Shown here: in pieces, positions 18,201 to 27,799 of the stretch
How positions within the stretch are numbered: position 1 is the first letter of the stretch
How the letters are laid out: the number at the start of each line of letters is the position of its first letter
IMG/VR virus record: IMGVR_UViG_3300005056_000001
Coordinates: 1-64,000 of that record
Direction: 5' to 3' (one strand)
DNA: 64,000 bases
Program-made: the position numbers and the translations under genes
Notes under the pieces: generated by a model
The model's database searches: none
Told to the model about the DNA's origin: nothing
The model's input: the letters and a program-made list of their open reading frames with translations, nothing else

Positions 18201-20543
18201 TACCTTGACAGAACAAAGAACCTTCATGATGTCCAAATACTTTGAACGTATATTTTTATATACCTCTTTTGGTTTTCCATACGAGGACAGTTTCTCTAGG
18301 TCGTCGCTGCTTGGGTGTTGTTCGCAACTGATTCCGAATTGTGAATTAATCAACCCCTTTAGCAGACTACCAACCTTCATTCGTTTGATGTGGTACTTAA
18401 AATCCTCGGCTTTCCATGCATCCCAATCATCATACTGTATCGGACGGATCAAAGAAATATCAACCTCGAACAAGTCAAACGCCACATCGTCAAAAAGTTT
18501 ATTGTCGTATGCCCCACGGTTTCTATTGACTCGTGCAATAACCTTCTTGTCCAATTTTCGCATCTCACGTATCTCTGACGAGTTTAGCTTTATATTGAAA
18601 CTGTCTGTGGTTTCGACCAAATATCTAAGGTCTGAAGAGCCCGACAGAATATATCTATAATTGTCAAAATTCTTGGACAACGGTTTTAGGTTTTCGCCCA
18701 AACGTTTTTTTACTACTGCAAGGTTGCTGATCTTAATGTTTGTGATATAACACATAGGGATTGCAGACAACACAAAATATTGTTTGTGGTGCATATTGAC
18801 AAACGTCTCGTCGCTGTGTATCAAGGCGATTCCTTGTTCTATTTTACGCATTGAACCATCAAGAATTGTGTCACCACCACCCTTTTTGACCAATCCACCA
18901 ATTGATCCGTCGTCAATTGTTAGCGTTTCGCCAAAAAAATCATGTAGTTCTACATCCTTCAATACTTCCATAACCAAAGTAAATGCATGCGCATAGCCTA
19001 ATTCCTGCAACAACAACGACGATTCGCTATCCTTTTCGGTGTACCTTGGCAAGACTCCGTTGCCTCCCTCCCTGTTCATTGGGGGCGGTTGTAAATACTT
19101 AAAAATGACATGAACCCCTGTTCCTGAAACAGATAGTTTTGACATAAGATAAGGCTCACAGTAGGTATTCGAAAGCCGCTCATGTAGGTATTTTAGTACA
19201 CGAGAGGCAAATTGTTGCTTAACCTTTAGACTTTGTCCCACTCTTTCAATGACGGGTACCAAGGATTGTGTAAATTTTAAATCTAGATCTAAAAATATTA
19301 GACCATTACACATCTCGGCACCAATTCCGAATTTTGTATTCGGTCTTACAGGGGAATGTGTCTGAAACAAGAATGCAATCTTGTCGGACTTAAGGAATTT
19401 TCCGTCAAGAACATAGGGCTCCACAAGATTAAATATCTCTTGTGTGACACCAAACACTTTCTTTGTGTGACTCGCATTCTTGATAGAAGTCGGAAGTGCC
19501 AAAGCAGAAAAACATTCGATTAATTCGCCTATTCTGTAACTGTTGTTGTAACTGCTGACTTTTGTTAGACACTCTTCCCATGTCTCTTTATATTTGGAAT
19601 TTCTAAAGAACGTTTCTATCTTTTTTGTTGATATACTAGAACTATTACAATACGTGAAATATTTCCCTAGCAACGGGAATGGGCTGCTAAACTTTTTTCT
19701 TGCATCCTTTGTGAATAACACGGCAACCTCTGAAAAGCGTGTACCAAAAAACTTTTCTATGGTGTGTGGAAGCTTTAGTTCTTCTTTTTTTCGTAGAAAT
19801 GCCTTTTGTGTGCTGTCGTGGCCCATCTTTGCATAGTCGTATTTGCTGTTGTAGCTTTTTGTCAGGAACACCAACTCGAGTAATGAAAGAAATTCGGTGG
19901 TACCCTCTTCTTGGTTGTTGTTCAGAGACCTGCTAGTCGAGCTTTTTGCATTTTTTGCGGTGGTGTTAATTAGGTTTTTAAGACCGAACCTAGGGTTTGT
20001 TATCTCAAGAAGTGTCTGTATTCCTATACCATTTTCCTCGCAAAAATCCCGACCCTCGTTCGTCATTAACTTTTTGTGGAGCGCACCAAACACCTCAAGC
20101 AATTCGTTTTCGGCCTTGATGTTGTTCTCAATACCATAATCATACTCAAGCCCTTGTTTGTTGTATGGCAATTTTGTCCATTCTTGAAATAGCGGTCTCT
20201 CGAATCCTATCTCGTCCATGAATTTGGCAGACAGCCTTTCGCCTAGATCTCCACGTTTTTTGGCTGTTTTATAAAAATCCCTGTCGATTGACGAGTAGCG
20301 GTAACACTTCAAGAATGCGATCGTGTAAAGAACGGCATCTGCCATATCCAATCTAGACAATCTTAGGGTGTATTTGTTCTGAGTAGGGTCGCTCAGTTCG
20401 GTTTTGCATATGCCGTCAACCTTGTAATTATAAAACGCCATTGTGGCACCGCTCAGAATAGTTTCCTCTAACAAAGACACATCAAGTTCATTGCTGTTTT
20501 TGTTAAAAAAAATTTTCTTTGCAAGCATCCAAAATGAATTCAT
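15291..20543 (-). CDS. AEP primase-polymerase fused to SF2 (origin-binding-type) helicase
   Basis: AEP motifs LIFLDLD and SVSGTGVHVIF; SF2 motifs ARAGAGKTT, AIDEIH, GMTGT, SVGVDI, QFGNRLR. Confidence 0.8.
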   Translation of the reverse strand: MNSFWMLAKKIFFNKNSNELDVSLLEETILSGATMAFYNYKVDGICKTELSDPTQNKYTLRLSRLDMADAVLYTIAFLKCYRYSSIDRDFYKTAKKRGDLGERLSAKFMDEIGFERPLFQEWTKLPYNKQGLEYDYGIENNIKAENELLEVFGALHKKLMTNEGRDFCEENGIGIQTLLEITNPRFGLKNLINTTAKNAKSSTSRSLNNNQEEGTTEFLSLLELVFLTKSYNSKYDYAKMGHDSTQKAFLRKKEELKLPHTIEKFFGTRFSEVAVLFTKDARKKFSSPFPLLGKYFTYCNSSSISTKKIETFFRNSKYKETWEECLTKVSSYNNSYRIGELIECFSALALPTSIKNASHTKKVFGVTQEIFNLVEPYVLDGKFLKSDKIAFLFQTHSPVRPNTKFGIGAEMCNGLIFLDLDLKFTQSLVPVIERVGQSLKVKQQFASRVLKYLHERLSNTYCEPYLMSKLSVSGTGVHVIFKYLQPPPMNREGGNGVLPRYTEKDSESSLLLQELGYAHAFTLVMEVLKDVELHDFFGETLTIDDGSIGGLVKKGGGDTILDGSMRKIEQGIALIHSDETFVNMHHKQYFVLSAIPMCYITNIKISNLAVVKKRLGENLKPLSKNFDNYRYILSGSSDLRYLVETTDSFNIKLNSSEIREMRKLDKKVIARVNRNRGAYDNKLFDDVAFDLFEVDISLIRPIQYDDWDAWKAEDFKYHIKRMKVGSLLKGLINSQFGISCEQHPSSDDLEKLSSYGKPKEVYKNIRSKYLDIMKVLCSVKVKKSHHDSHEWEEHLFDDGECPWRNTYLTKSSIHRKVGIEMFKSSGLYIRRMEQTLTKEGLPNFKQQYYKQMESTDPKVGKVAKLVASVLSLQNDKVVTDSDFKFLNYKNACQLLIDKNPMNMDIEIVPEDIGGGFYMSDYAPLLEKFLDTRCFNYINARAGAGKTTYFTELATKHSKRVLLVMPYTAPMDSKFGMEAQNREIDIIMNNKNLHPSEKEDWVAAIQAFKPFSGSKNNKEMMEAFKVGTSSVVTFDKFSRMDVELLLNYDYVAIDEIHILATETIRSADADSVCTMALKRIREVLQYKEENPYERVPFIIGMTGTHIYEVNLFRMCEKDVKHGGKKIEVRNIKLEIPHQSQKNMNIILTNSSKDCKTLLCKKIATAMIENRTVICPTDEGSFRAEEIVMGINAHLEHMDSDPLTKDDWHYYKRATKDSVTSKAINGQSVIPNDIKVLFCSVYLSVGVDIKNLSEDKDIEVISTFAKYSAQTLEQFGNRLRKQNINTSLIRSVYNETEKNKKKYYELKRDYNNNLDYRFLKGIHKVIDGEMRARISDDKCVAYFNHYISLNDEKITEQQKIAIWADLSKRFTYTYEDYMGEIKVVQDNLMVLRYIAEQQYNRLGTNIRYIANMFKKHYNYNSVNTTYIDIDEPHIVGAIEQSRSENSEERKKFSVDVAKEIHEFLKTTKPKDIESFISSCKTEMVPSNNNKITINQGDGATLLIEYPEKHHKRLKNITSKLLPIAKQYAYNPKNFSILVDMCMNEKSDGLVIAELERFSNLIDFRNYDILDNYIMVVQQLERLALAKRGKRMSSHIETLESAENKIRKKMIKDITLHLSNNTKPNTQSTIGIAEDTKKKMFEAYESLTKINYVISEDTYAKLKMSVYKLATMVLMNNDVKGISTISDYNRSRLENRVEENLKTFFIIKTNPHTKERDVRLRILPSDYRHIMDNIVKTYGNDNMKFYEFEKYLI

Positions 20544-21125
20544 ATAGCGGTTTTTGGTTATGGGATTAATAGTAGTACTGTGATGTGTATCTTTAATTCA
20601 TTATGCAAAGGTAATTTTATAACGCACAAATCCAAAATAATTCTTTAAATACTTAAATTAAAAATAATCATATATAATAAAATCAATAACCAAATGTGTC
20701 ATTTTAAAACATTTTGGTTCATAAGTGAAACAATTTGTTTTCGTATTGTTTTAATTAGTATACTTACTGTTATTAGGGATTTTGCCCAAAAAGCCTAGTA
20801 ACAGCTATGGTACTCTAGCCCTTTAGATGTCGTGGTTACAGCACGGCAAATGTTAACATATATAAATAAAACACAACAACGTTTAAAGCGTGCCAAGGTA
20901 GATAGAAACAAATTGTTTTATCAAAAAACGCCATATTATAAATATACATATGTGTTATAGGTCTTTTTTTTCATTTCGTATTTTTGACCACCAAGCAAAA
21001 GAGCCTGCAACGCCTTTATATATCGCACTTATACAAAAATACATAATATGTTATTTTTGGTGTCTCCCTATAAAACCTAAAAAGAATAATAAATCATAAA
21101 TAGGTACATACAATAAAATCAAAAA
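20544..21125. other. long AT-rich divergent intergenic region, candidate replication origin/control region
   Basis: About 580 bp without a credible ORF; -7 element TACCTTTG at 20606-20613; inverted AAACAAWTTGTTT-type sites at ~20728 and ~20906; central hairpin. Confidence 0.4.
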
Positions 21126-24014
21126 ATGCCACTAGAAAATGTAAATCTTAGTAGTATATCAGACAATGTACTAATGTATGTCACACAGTCGCAGGAGTCA
21201 AAAACCTCGATGTCTTCCATACTGACCTCTACAAATGTACCGATTATTTCAAGCATTAACAAGGCTTCTGCATCTGCCATGTCAGAGATTAAAAAGCAAA
21301 CAACGACAATGATTGAGATGCGGACTAGTATGTCTATCATGGCAGAAATGATGTCTGTTCAAAATGATTTACTGTTCGACTATATGGAGTCACCCACCAA
21401 TGGAGCGACCGCCGAAATTAAAGTCGTTGTCGAACACCCTCCCAACCCCGCAGCAGCAGAACTGAAAATAATCATAGGAGCAGGGCCAAACGCAGACAAC
21501 CTAGTCGAGGAGCTTAGTGTGTTAACACAAAACGAGGGGGGCTTTCTTCGTGTTGTTCAACATTTTTCCACGCTTGGTGACACACTTCAGAATAAGTTTT
21601 CGAACCTTAGCGGATCCATGGCACAATTACAGGCAATGACCGAACAGGCAAATGAATTGAACCAAGCCTCAGAAGGAGGAAGCAGCAGCAAGGGCATGTT
21701 AATTGCGGCAGGTGCAATGGCAGTACTAGGATTGGCGGTAATGGCACTAGGACAGGCTTTGAACCCCATGACAGTTGTTGGAATAATAGGAGCAATGGCG
21801 TTGCTAAATGTGGCATCCCGTGGATTCACAGAAGAAGCAGGCAAGGGTATGTTATTTGCATCTGCCGCAATGGTCGTATTCGCCTTGGCCACAAAGGCTT
21901 TTGAGTTCATTAATTATAGTGCCCTATTCAAGGGTGTATTGGCAATGGGTGCGTTTGCCCTTGCGATAGGAGGATTGGCCATGGTGACCAAGGGTACCGA
22001 TATGGTCGCAATGAGCAAAGGATTGATATTGGCATCTGTAGCCATCGGAATACTTGCACTGAGCACCATGCTTTTTGAGACTGTCACACCAACATCCATA
22101 ATCAAGATGGGACTTTCGTTGTTTGCGGTTACTATTGCACTAGCAACACTTGGCAAGGTAAAGGGTATCACAAAAGGCGCAGCAGGATTGTTAATTGCCA
22201 CGGGTGCCGTTGCGTTATTGTCGTTCTCGATATCCATGTATGACGACGTTGAGTTCACTTCGATACTCAAGGTCGGTGCAGCATTGGGTGTTGTATCAAT
22301 CGCATTTTACTTTATGGGACAGGTGGCAGGAGGGATAATCAAGGGAGCATTGACAGGGGTTGTAATGGCGGGCAGTCTAATAATTCTAGGATATGCATTA
22401 AAACAAATATCAAGCGACGATATTGACCCCATGAAAATTCTTAAATTTGGGGCAATAACAGGGGCATTGGCGGCAGGATATACAATAATAAGCCTTGCAA
22501 CACCCGCAATATTAGCTGCTGCCGTTGGTATTACTGCGATCGGTGGTTCAATGTTGGTATTGACACTTGCACTAAATCAGGCGGCAGATGTTAAATTAGA
22601 CGAGGAATCAGGATCAAGATTTGTCGAGGCAGTAAGACAGGCAGGCAAGGCAATGAACGTCCTTGCATGGGACATCGGAATTGTGACAGCAGGAAAGGCC
22701 GCATTGGTTGCGGTTCCTATGGCGGCGGCAATAGTCCCATTGGCCCTTAGTTTCAAACTATTGTCCAACACCAAAATGCCTAGTCAAAAAACTGTTGATA
22801 GCTTTGGTAATGCAGTCAGGGGTATTGCCGACACAATTAGCGGTATCGGAATTGTACAGCTTGGAAAAATAGGCATTGCAACACCCATGCTTATTGGTAT
22901 GGGACTGTCAACAATAACGATGGCCAAGTCTATTAGCTCCTTTTCAAGAATATCCGAGAACCCCGAGGTTATTCAGATGGCCGTTATGGGCGTAGACCAA
23001 TTCATTACAGGATTTGCCTCGACCATGGAAAACAACCAAGGCAATTTCGAGAACATGAGAGGCGGTATCAGGAGCTTGGTAGGTATCAGTGGCTTAATGT
23101 CGGGCGTTGCAACGGGTGTTCAAAAAATGGCCAATCTCGAGTTTACCGAGTCTGAAGTCGTTAATGGGAAGTTAGTGGTCAAGAGTACCCGTAAAATGAC
23201 CACCGATGATTTCAAGAATATGGGAACATCACTTGGAATGGTTATTAATGCACTAACCGAACCACTTGCCAAGGTGGGCGCAAAAGGGAGTGGTGCCACA
23301 TTTTCACTTTTTGGGTATGATGTATTTGCCGTCAATTCAAACGAGGTACAACAGGGTATACAGGCACTTTCAGGAATAGGAAACGTTTTTAATCCTATTG
23401 TGAATGTAATAAAAACATTTTCTGAACACGGTATAGACGCCACGAAAGTCGAAGCGTTTGGTACACTTCTTGGACAATTACTAGGCAGTATCACAAATAC
23501 AATACATTCGTTTGTTCTTGGCGAGGACTCTGATGCCAAATTAGACACGCTTGAACGTTATAGCGGAATCACACAACAATTTTTTGGATTCTTTGGGGCA
23601 ACAGACCTAAGCCCTGCGGTAACAGCCGTCGGACAGTTGGGCGAGAATCTTCTAATGGTCAAGGATGCGCTTAATGAGATTGACATTGACAAGATGAAGC
23701 TCCTTAACGATATCGTTTGGAACACAACACATTTTGAGGAGGCCAATATTGAAATGATGATGAAGCTAATACAAGAGTTGAAAAACTTAATGGGTGTGGT
23801 TGCAAAAAGCGGCGGAGGAGACACGGTAACCGACTCTAGTAGTGTGGGTGACACAACAACAAATGTGTTGACAGAAGAAGACACAGGCACAGAGACCGAT
23901 GTGGTCAAGACAGACAAGAAGTCTGCCTCAATGGATACAAGCAAAATTGAAAGTCTGTTGGGTGATTTGATTGATGTGTTCGACCGTACAGTCAGGGTAA
24001 AGGTAATAGAGTAA
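21126..24014 (+). CDS. tape-measure-like virion protein
   Basis: 962 aa, Ala/Gly-rich with periodic hydrophobic helical repeats; GTACATA motif upstream. Confidence 0.6.
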   Translation: MPLENVNLSSISDNVLMYVTQSQESKTSMSSILTSTNVPIISSINKASASAMSEIKKQTTTMIEMRTSMSIMAEMMSVQNDLLFDYMESPTNGATAEIKVVVEHPPNPAAAELKIIIGAGPNADNLVEELSVLTQNEGGFLRVVQHFSTLGDTLQNKFSNLSGSMAQLQAMTEQANELNQASEGGSSSKGMLIAAGAMAVLGLAVMALGQALNPMTVVGIIGAMALLNVASRGFTEEAGKGMLFASAAMVVFALATKAFEFINYSALFKGVLAMGAFALAIGGLAMVTKGTDMVAMSKGLILASVAIGILALSTMLFETVTPTSIIKMGLSLFAVTIALATLGKVKGITKGAAGLLIATGAVALLSFSISMYDDVEFTSILKVGAALGVVSIAFYFMGQVAGGIIKGALTGVVMAGSLIILGYALKQISSDDIDPMKILKFGAITGALAAGYTIISLATPAILAAAVGITAIGGSMLVLTLALNQAADVKLDEESGSRFVEAVRQAGKAMNVLAWDIGIVTAGKAALVAVPMAAAIVPLALSFKLLSNTKMPSQKTVDSFGNAVRGIADTISGIGIVQLGKIGIATPMLIGMGLSTITMAKSISSFSRISENPEVIQMAVMGVDQFITGFASTMENNQGNFENMRGGIRSLVGISGLMSGVATGVQKMANLEFTESEVVNGKLVVKSTRKMTTDDFKNMGTSLGMVINALTEPLAKVGAKGSGATFSLFGYDVFAVNSNEVQQGIQALSGIGNVFNPIVNVIKTFSEHGIDATKVEAFGTLLGQLLGSITNTIHSFVLGEDSDAKLDTLERYSGITQQFFGFFGATDLSPAVTAVGQLGENLLMVKDALNEIDIDKMKLLNDIVWNTTHFEEANIEMMMKLIQELKNLMGVVAKSGGGDTVTDSSSVGDTTTNVLTEEDTGTETDVVKTDKKSASMDTSKIESLLGDLIDVFDRTVRVKVIE

Positions 24015-24026
24015 AAGCAAAGAATA

Positions 24027-24054
24027 AAAAAGGCTCCATATTGGAGCCTTTTTT
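24027..24054. terminator. bidirectional terminator
   Basis: aaaaaaggctccatattggagccttttt between convergent genes. Confidence 0.8.
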
Positions 24055-24403
24055 ATTCTTTGAAATATTCCTTTTCGTTAAAGTCTTTTTCGTTATCCGA
24101 ATCATAAACACATCTAAACTTAAGAACCCGACCACGATATTTTTGTTCCATCACCAATGTTATTTCATTGGTTGTTTGGGAATTGAAGTCGCTCAGATTT
24201 ACCATATTCTTTGACTTCAGATATCTGCCATAACAATACTCACTGTCTCCGACATGTAAAAATATTTCGGGATTCTTTTCGTACACCAACTCTTCCCACA
24301 TTTCAAAGGAAATGTCAGGGTGATCTCGTTCGTAGCCATCATCAAGCAATATACGAATACGCTCGGAGTCCGAATTTATATGATCGCTTGATTTAGTTTT
24401 CAT
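24053..24403 (-). CDS. hypothetical protein
   Basis: ORF. Confidence 0.65.
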   Translation of the reverse strand: MKTKSSDHINSDSERIRILLDDGYERDHPDISFEMWEELVYEKNPEIFLHVGDSEYCYGRYLKSKNMVNLSDFNSQTTNEITLVMEQKYRGRVLKFRCVYDSDNEKDFNEKEYFKE

Positions 24404-24806
24404 TGGGGTTTTTGTTTTCATCATTACCCTCTGTTTCTGTTTGAGGATTTTCTATAACAATATCCACAGTTTCCTTTGGAGCATTGTCCGTTTCTGTGTC
24501 CGCCAAATTCTCGTGTGTCTTGGCTATTCCTGTGTGTACATCCACGGCACAACTGTCTGTTAAATTATCATCGACCGCCACATTATCCTGCTCGTCAAGT
24601 TTGTCAATCTTATTTTTATCCTCCAACTTGGCTTGTTCATAGGAACCTATCAGTGTTCGTAGGTGTGTTCTTAATGCCTCTACGCCTCGATGTCTTGCCG
24701 CCATATGTTTCATTTTCATTATGGAACCCTTTGCCAATTCCAATTCTGTGTCATCGGCAAGAACCGTAATGTTCAAGATATTTGAAGTTCTGAATTTTAT
24801 GCTCAT
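24393..24806 (-). CDS. hypothetical protein with acidic tail
   Basis: ORF. Confidence 0.65.
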   Translation of the reverse strand: MSIKFRTSNILNITVLADDTELELAKGSIMKMKHMAARHRGVEALRTHLRTLIGSYEQAKLEDKNKIDKLDEQDNVAVDDNLTDSCAVDVHTGIAKTHENLADTETDNAPKETVDIVIENPQTETEGNDENKNPNEN

Positions 24807-24810
24807 TATT

Positions 24811-25344
24811 TTATGTATTTACTATGTGATATGGTGGCATAACGCCCCCACTAAGGTATGATGCAGCATCCAATGCCATTTTTATTTTTTCCTTTGGTTT
24901 TATATTATCCTTCAGTGCAAATAGTGCCCCCTTGGCATAGTACACCCCACACCCACAACAATTATATGAGTCGGTAGATTCTCCGACCTGAAAGTCCCAA
25001 CCAATCTCAAAAAGTCTGTCCTTATACCCGACTAAAAAAGTCCCACCTTCATCTGCCCCGTTGTTGGTGGTCAGAAATCCTCCTTCACTAAAACATTTTC
25101 GCAATTCGGTTGCAAAAAGTGTGCACATATACTCAAACACCTCCATATCTTTTACAGGAGGAGGCTTAAAAGAGAATTGTAGAAGTTGTATCATTCGAAA
25201 TGATGTGGTACAGCCAAAAATGAATTTGCCGACCTTAAATACCTTTTTGTCTTTTCGTATAGTAACATCAAGACCCGACACACCCGCCGAGTCTCCGCCT
25301 ATATAAACTTTTTTATTGTGAATAACCCCGACAATACATGTCAT
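24811..25344 (-). CDS. HslV/proteasome-beta-like Ntn peptidase
   Basis: M-T-CIVG start (Thr nucleophile), IGGDS, KVF, GCG..YAKGAL. Confidence 0.8.
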   Translation of the reverse strand: MTCIVGVIHNKKVYIGGDSAGVSGLDVTIRKDKKVFKVGKFIFGCTTSFRMIQLLQFSFKPPPVKDMEVFEYMCTLFATELRKCFSEGGFLTTNNGADEGGTFLVGYKDRLFEIGWDFQVGESTDSYNCCGCGVYYAKGALFALKDNIKPKEKIKMALDAASYLSGGVMPPYHIVNT

Positions 25345-25494
25345 AACATTTTGATTTTTACATTGAACATAATAGAATTTATGATATTTTTAGGGTTTTG
25401 TACGAACATACCCCTTGTTATTAAAAATAGTCATGTGATCAGATCACATGACTATTAACGTTAATAACTTTTAAATGTCACAAAGACTTGCCTG

Positions 25495-25941
25495 TTATCC
25501 TCCACAAAGCCCACATTCACATTTATTGCTGCAATATGTGTACTTTCCGTCAAGTATATTATTAATCTCAATACTCAGTAACAATAAAACACGTTCTGTG
25601 AGCCTGTTTTCAGATTCCCGTGTTATTTCACTTGCCTGCCACCGTCCTTTTCTGTACAGTTCTATATCGACGCTAAACCGTGTTTTTTCCAAAAATGAGT
25701 CGGGACGCTTATCTAGTACCACACGACTTTCGCCTTCAATGACATCCCAAATAAAATATTTATATTCAATGAGATCATCGAGTCTCCCATAAGACGCATT
25801 AGGAATTTTAGTTAGATTGCATATGAAAATCCTAAGCGACAACACAGAAACCATATTCTCAATGATTTCTCCGTTGTCTTTCTTGTTTTTAAGCCGAATC
25901 AAGTCGGGTATTATGTCGATCACAACACAACCTTTTCGCAA
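25495..25941 (-). CDS. hypothetical protein with Cys-rich C-terminus (start uncertain)
   Basis: ORF ending CSNKCECGLCGG. Confidence 0.55.
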   Translation of the reverse strand: MRKGCVVIDIIPDLIRLKNKKDNGEIIENMVSVLSLRIFICNLTKIPNASYGRLDDLIEYKYFIWDVIEGESRVVLDKRPDSFLEKTRFSVDIELYRKGRWQASEITRESENRLTERVLLLLSIEINNILDGKYTYCSNKCECGLCGG

Positions 25942-26108
25942 TCATTAACCGAGATTCCGTGTTTTTTATACACACCCTCACAAACGATAAACATTCGTTC
26001 ACGTGCCTTGGGGTGTACCAAAAACATTTCTCCTATCTTGCCATAATACCAATGATCTTTGTTTGTGTCTATTGTTATACGGACTCTTTTCCATTCGTGT
26101 GCTTTCAT
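25920..26108 (-). CDS. hypothetical protein
   Basis: ORF; start MKAHEW. Confidence 0.55.
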   Translation of the reverse strand: MKAHEWKRVRITIDTNKDHWYYGKIGEMFLVHPKARERMFIVCEGVYKKHGISVNDCEKVVL

Positions 26109-26208
26109 AATTGTTTTTAGTTTATGTAATATTACAAAAAATAAACCAAAAAAAAGAATATTGACCAACATTTGTACATATCACAACGTTAATCAATAAA
26201 AGAGAACT

Positions 26209-26889
26209 ATGAAAAACAACAAACTGAATTTATTATTTGGGGCAATATACACTATACTGTTGTGTGTTGTATTTACGGTAATATACAAAACAAAGGTCGG
26301 CAACCTCCTTGCTTCACAGTCAGAAGCACACATGCTCCAATTGACCATGGTTCGTGACTCCTTGTATGCCGAGAAACTGCACCGCATAAACACAGAAATA
26401 CTTGTGGCAGATTTAAATGCCGCAATTTCTATATTACCCGACACGGCATCACACAACCAAATGAAACGTCAAATCGACACATTTAAAAGTGTGGTTCAGT
26501 CACAATACGATGACAATCTTGCCCTAGTAAGAAAAATTAGAAGACTATCCAACACCAACAAACAATTGTTAAACACAAAAATCGTAAAAGATGATCCAAA
26601 AGATATTATACAAAAGTTCTTGGATGGACACAGCTCGATTGTTCAGCCACCAAAAAACACAGCATACACGAGTCCTCAGATTCATGTTCACATTCATAAT
26701 TACACTAACGGTACTAAGCAGCACAAGGGCAACATCAACACACACAACACCGAGCCAAGCTACACAAGCGAGCCAAGCTACACAAGCGAACCGAATCGAC
26801 ACGCTAGGCCCGACGGACAGCTTGGTGTACACAATCCCGATCAAGGACAGCCTAACACTAACAAGAGCCCAAGCAAAGGTAATCTATGA
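26209..26889 (+). CDS. N-terminally anchored coiled-coil membrane protein (possibly i-spanin-like)
   Basis: N-terminal TM plus coiled coil; GTACATA upstream; overlaps the next ORF. Confidence 0.55.
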   Translation: MKNNKLNLLFGAIYTILLCVVFTVIYKTKVGNLLASQSEAHMLQLTMVRDSLYAEKLHRINTEILVADLNAAISILPDTASHNQMKRQIDTFKSVVQSQYDDNLALVRKIRRLSNTNKQLLNTKIVKDDPKDIIQKFLDGHSSIVQPPKNTAYTSPQIHVHIHNYTNGTKQHKGNINTHNTEPSYTSEPSYTSEPNRHARPDGQLGVHNPDQGQPNTNKSPSKGNL

Positions 26890-27283
26890 ACGATTGGTGA
26901 GCTATGAAAGACTCAGGTACAAGCTAGAGCAAATAGACAGCATATCTGCCATGTTGGAAATAAAACTATCCGACACAAAAATAGACAGTTTTTTTAAAAT
27001 TCTCCAAACAAAAAATAGCGAGCTTGCAACAACACAGCACAACCTACGAATAAAATTAAAGGCATCAGAAGTTCAATCACGTTATTGGGAGTCCGAATAC
27101 AAGACAGAACAAGAGGCACATACCGACACACACGAGCTTCTTGAGAAGTATAAACACAGGCTCAACAAAGTAGAGCTCAACCTAAAACAATCAAACCAAA
27201 ACAAAAAGACAGTTTTACTTGTGGCAGGTTCGGTTGTTGTGGCCCTGATTGGTGGGATTATCATTGCATCTGTCATAAAATAA
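26591..27283 (+). CDS. coiled-coil protein with signal-like segment and C-terminal TM (start uncertain)
   Basis: FMFTFIITLTVLSS hydrophobic segment; C-terminal VLLVAGSVVVALIGGIIIA. Confidence 0.6.
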   Translation: MIQKILYKSSWMDTARLFSHQKTQHTRVLRFMFTFIITLTVLSSTRATSTHTTPSQATQASQATQANRIDTLGPTDSLVYTIPIKDSLTLTRAQAKVIYERLVSYERLRYKLEQIDSISAMLEIKLSDTKIDSFFKILQTKNSELATTQHNLRIKLKASEVQSRYWESEYKTEQEAHTDTHELLEKYKHRLNKVELNLKQSNQNKKTVLLVAGSVVVALIGGIIIASVIK

Positions 27284-27299
27284 GTCCTGACACAACAAT

Positions 27300-27333
27300 A
27301 AAAAATGGGTAGCAATGTTGCTACCCATTTTTT
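27300..27333. terminator. bidirectional terminator
   Basis: aaaaatgggtagcaa-tg-ttgctacccattttt. Confidence 0.8.
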
Positions 27334-27344
27334 ATTTACACATA

Positions 27345-27743
27345 TTAATCTTTCCACATATCTGCCAACTCAAAAACCTCGTCAATGTTGTCCAAGAAGC
27401 TTCGGAGCGATATTTCTTTTTGGAACGTCATATTAAGATCCGTGGCCTTATCTGTTGTGGTCGGGAAAAATGCTCCCGAATATATTTTACCTTCTTTTTT
27501 TGTGGTTGTGACTTTCTTGCGTAGAGTGACACTGTAATACAAACCAAGTGCCGACGTATCGTTTGTGAATTTATAGTTTATCCTAACGACAACCCCTTTA
27601 ATGGACATGTAAATAACCAACCTGTTATCAATATCAGCGATTATACAATCCTTGTGGCATCTTTGTACAAACACGTCTGTTGTAACACATATAATTCCAA
27701 ACTTCTCAAGCTCTGTCGTTATTAATTTTTTCATTTCGTTCAT
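27345..27743 (-). CDS. hypothetical protein
   Basis: ORF. Confidence 0.65.
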   Translation of the reverse strand: MNEMKKLITTELEKFGIICVTTDVFVQRCHKDCIIADIDNRLVIYMSIKGVVVRINYKFTNDTSALGLYYSVTLRKKVTTTKKEGKIYSGAFFPTTTDKATDLNMTFQKEISLRSFLDNIDEVFELADMWKD

Positions 27744-27799
27744 TGTACCTTACTTTTATTATTTTTATTTAGTGATTTCACCTTTATAATTTCTGTGTA

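Noticed and set aside
21587-23944. Minus-strand ORFs inside the tape-measure-like gene, and many similar short antisense ORFs elsewhere
   Set aside because: Shadow frames of real genes on the opposite strand.
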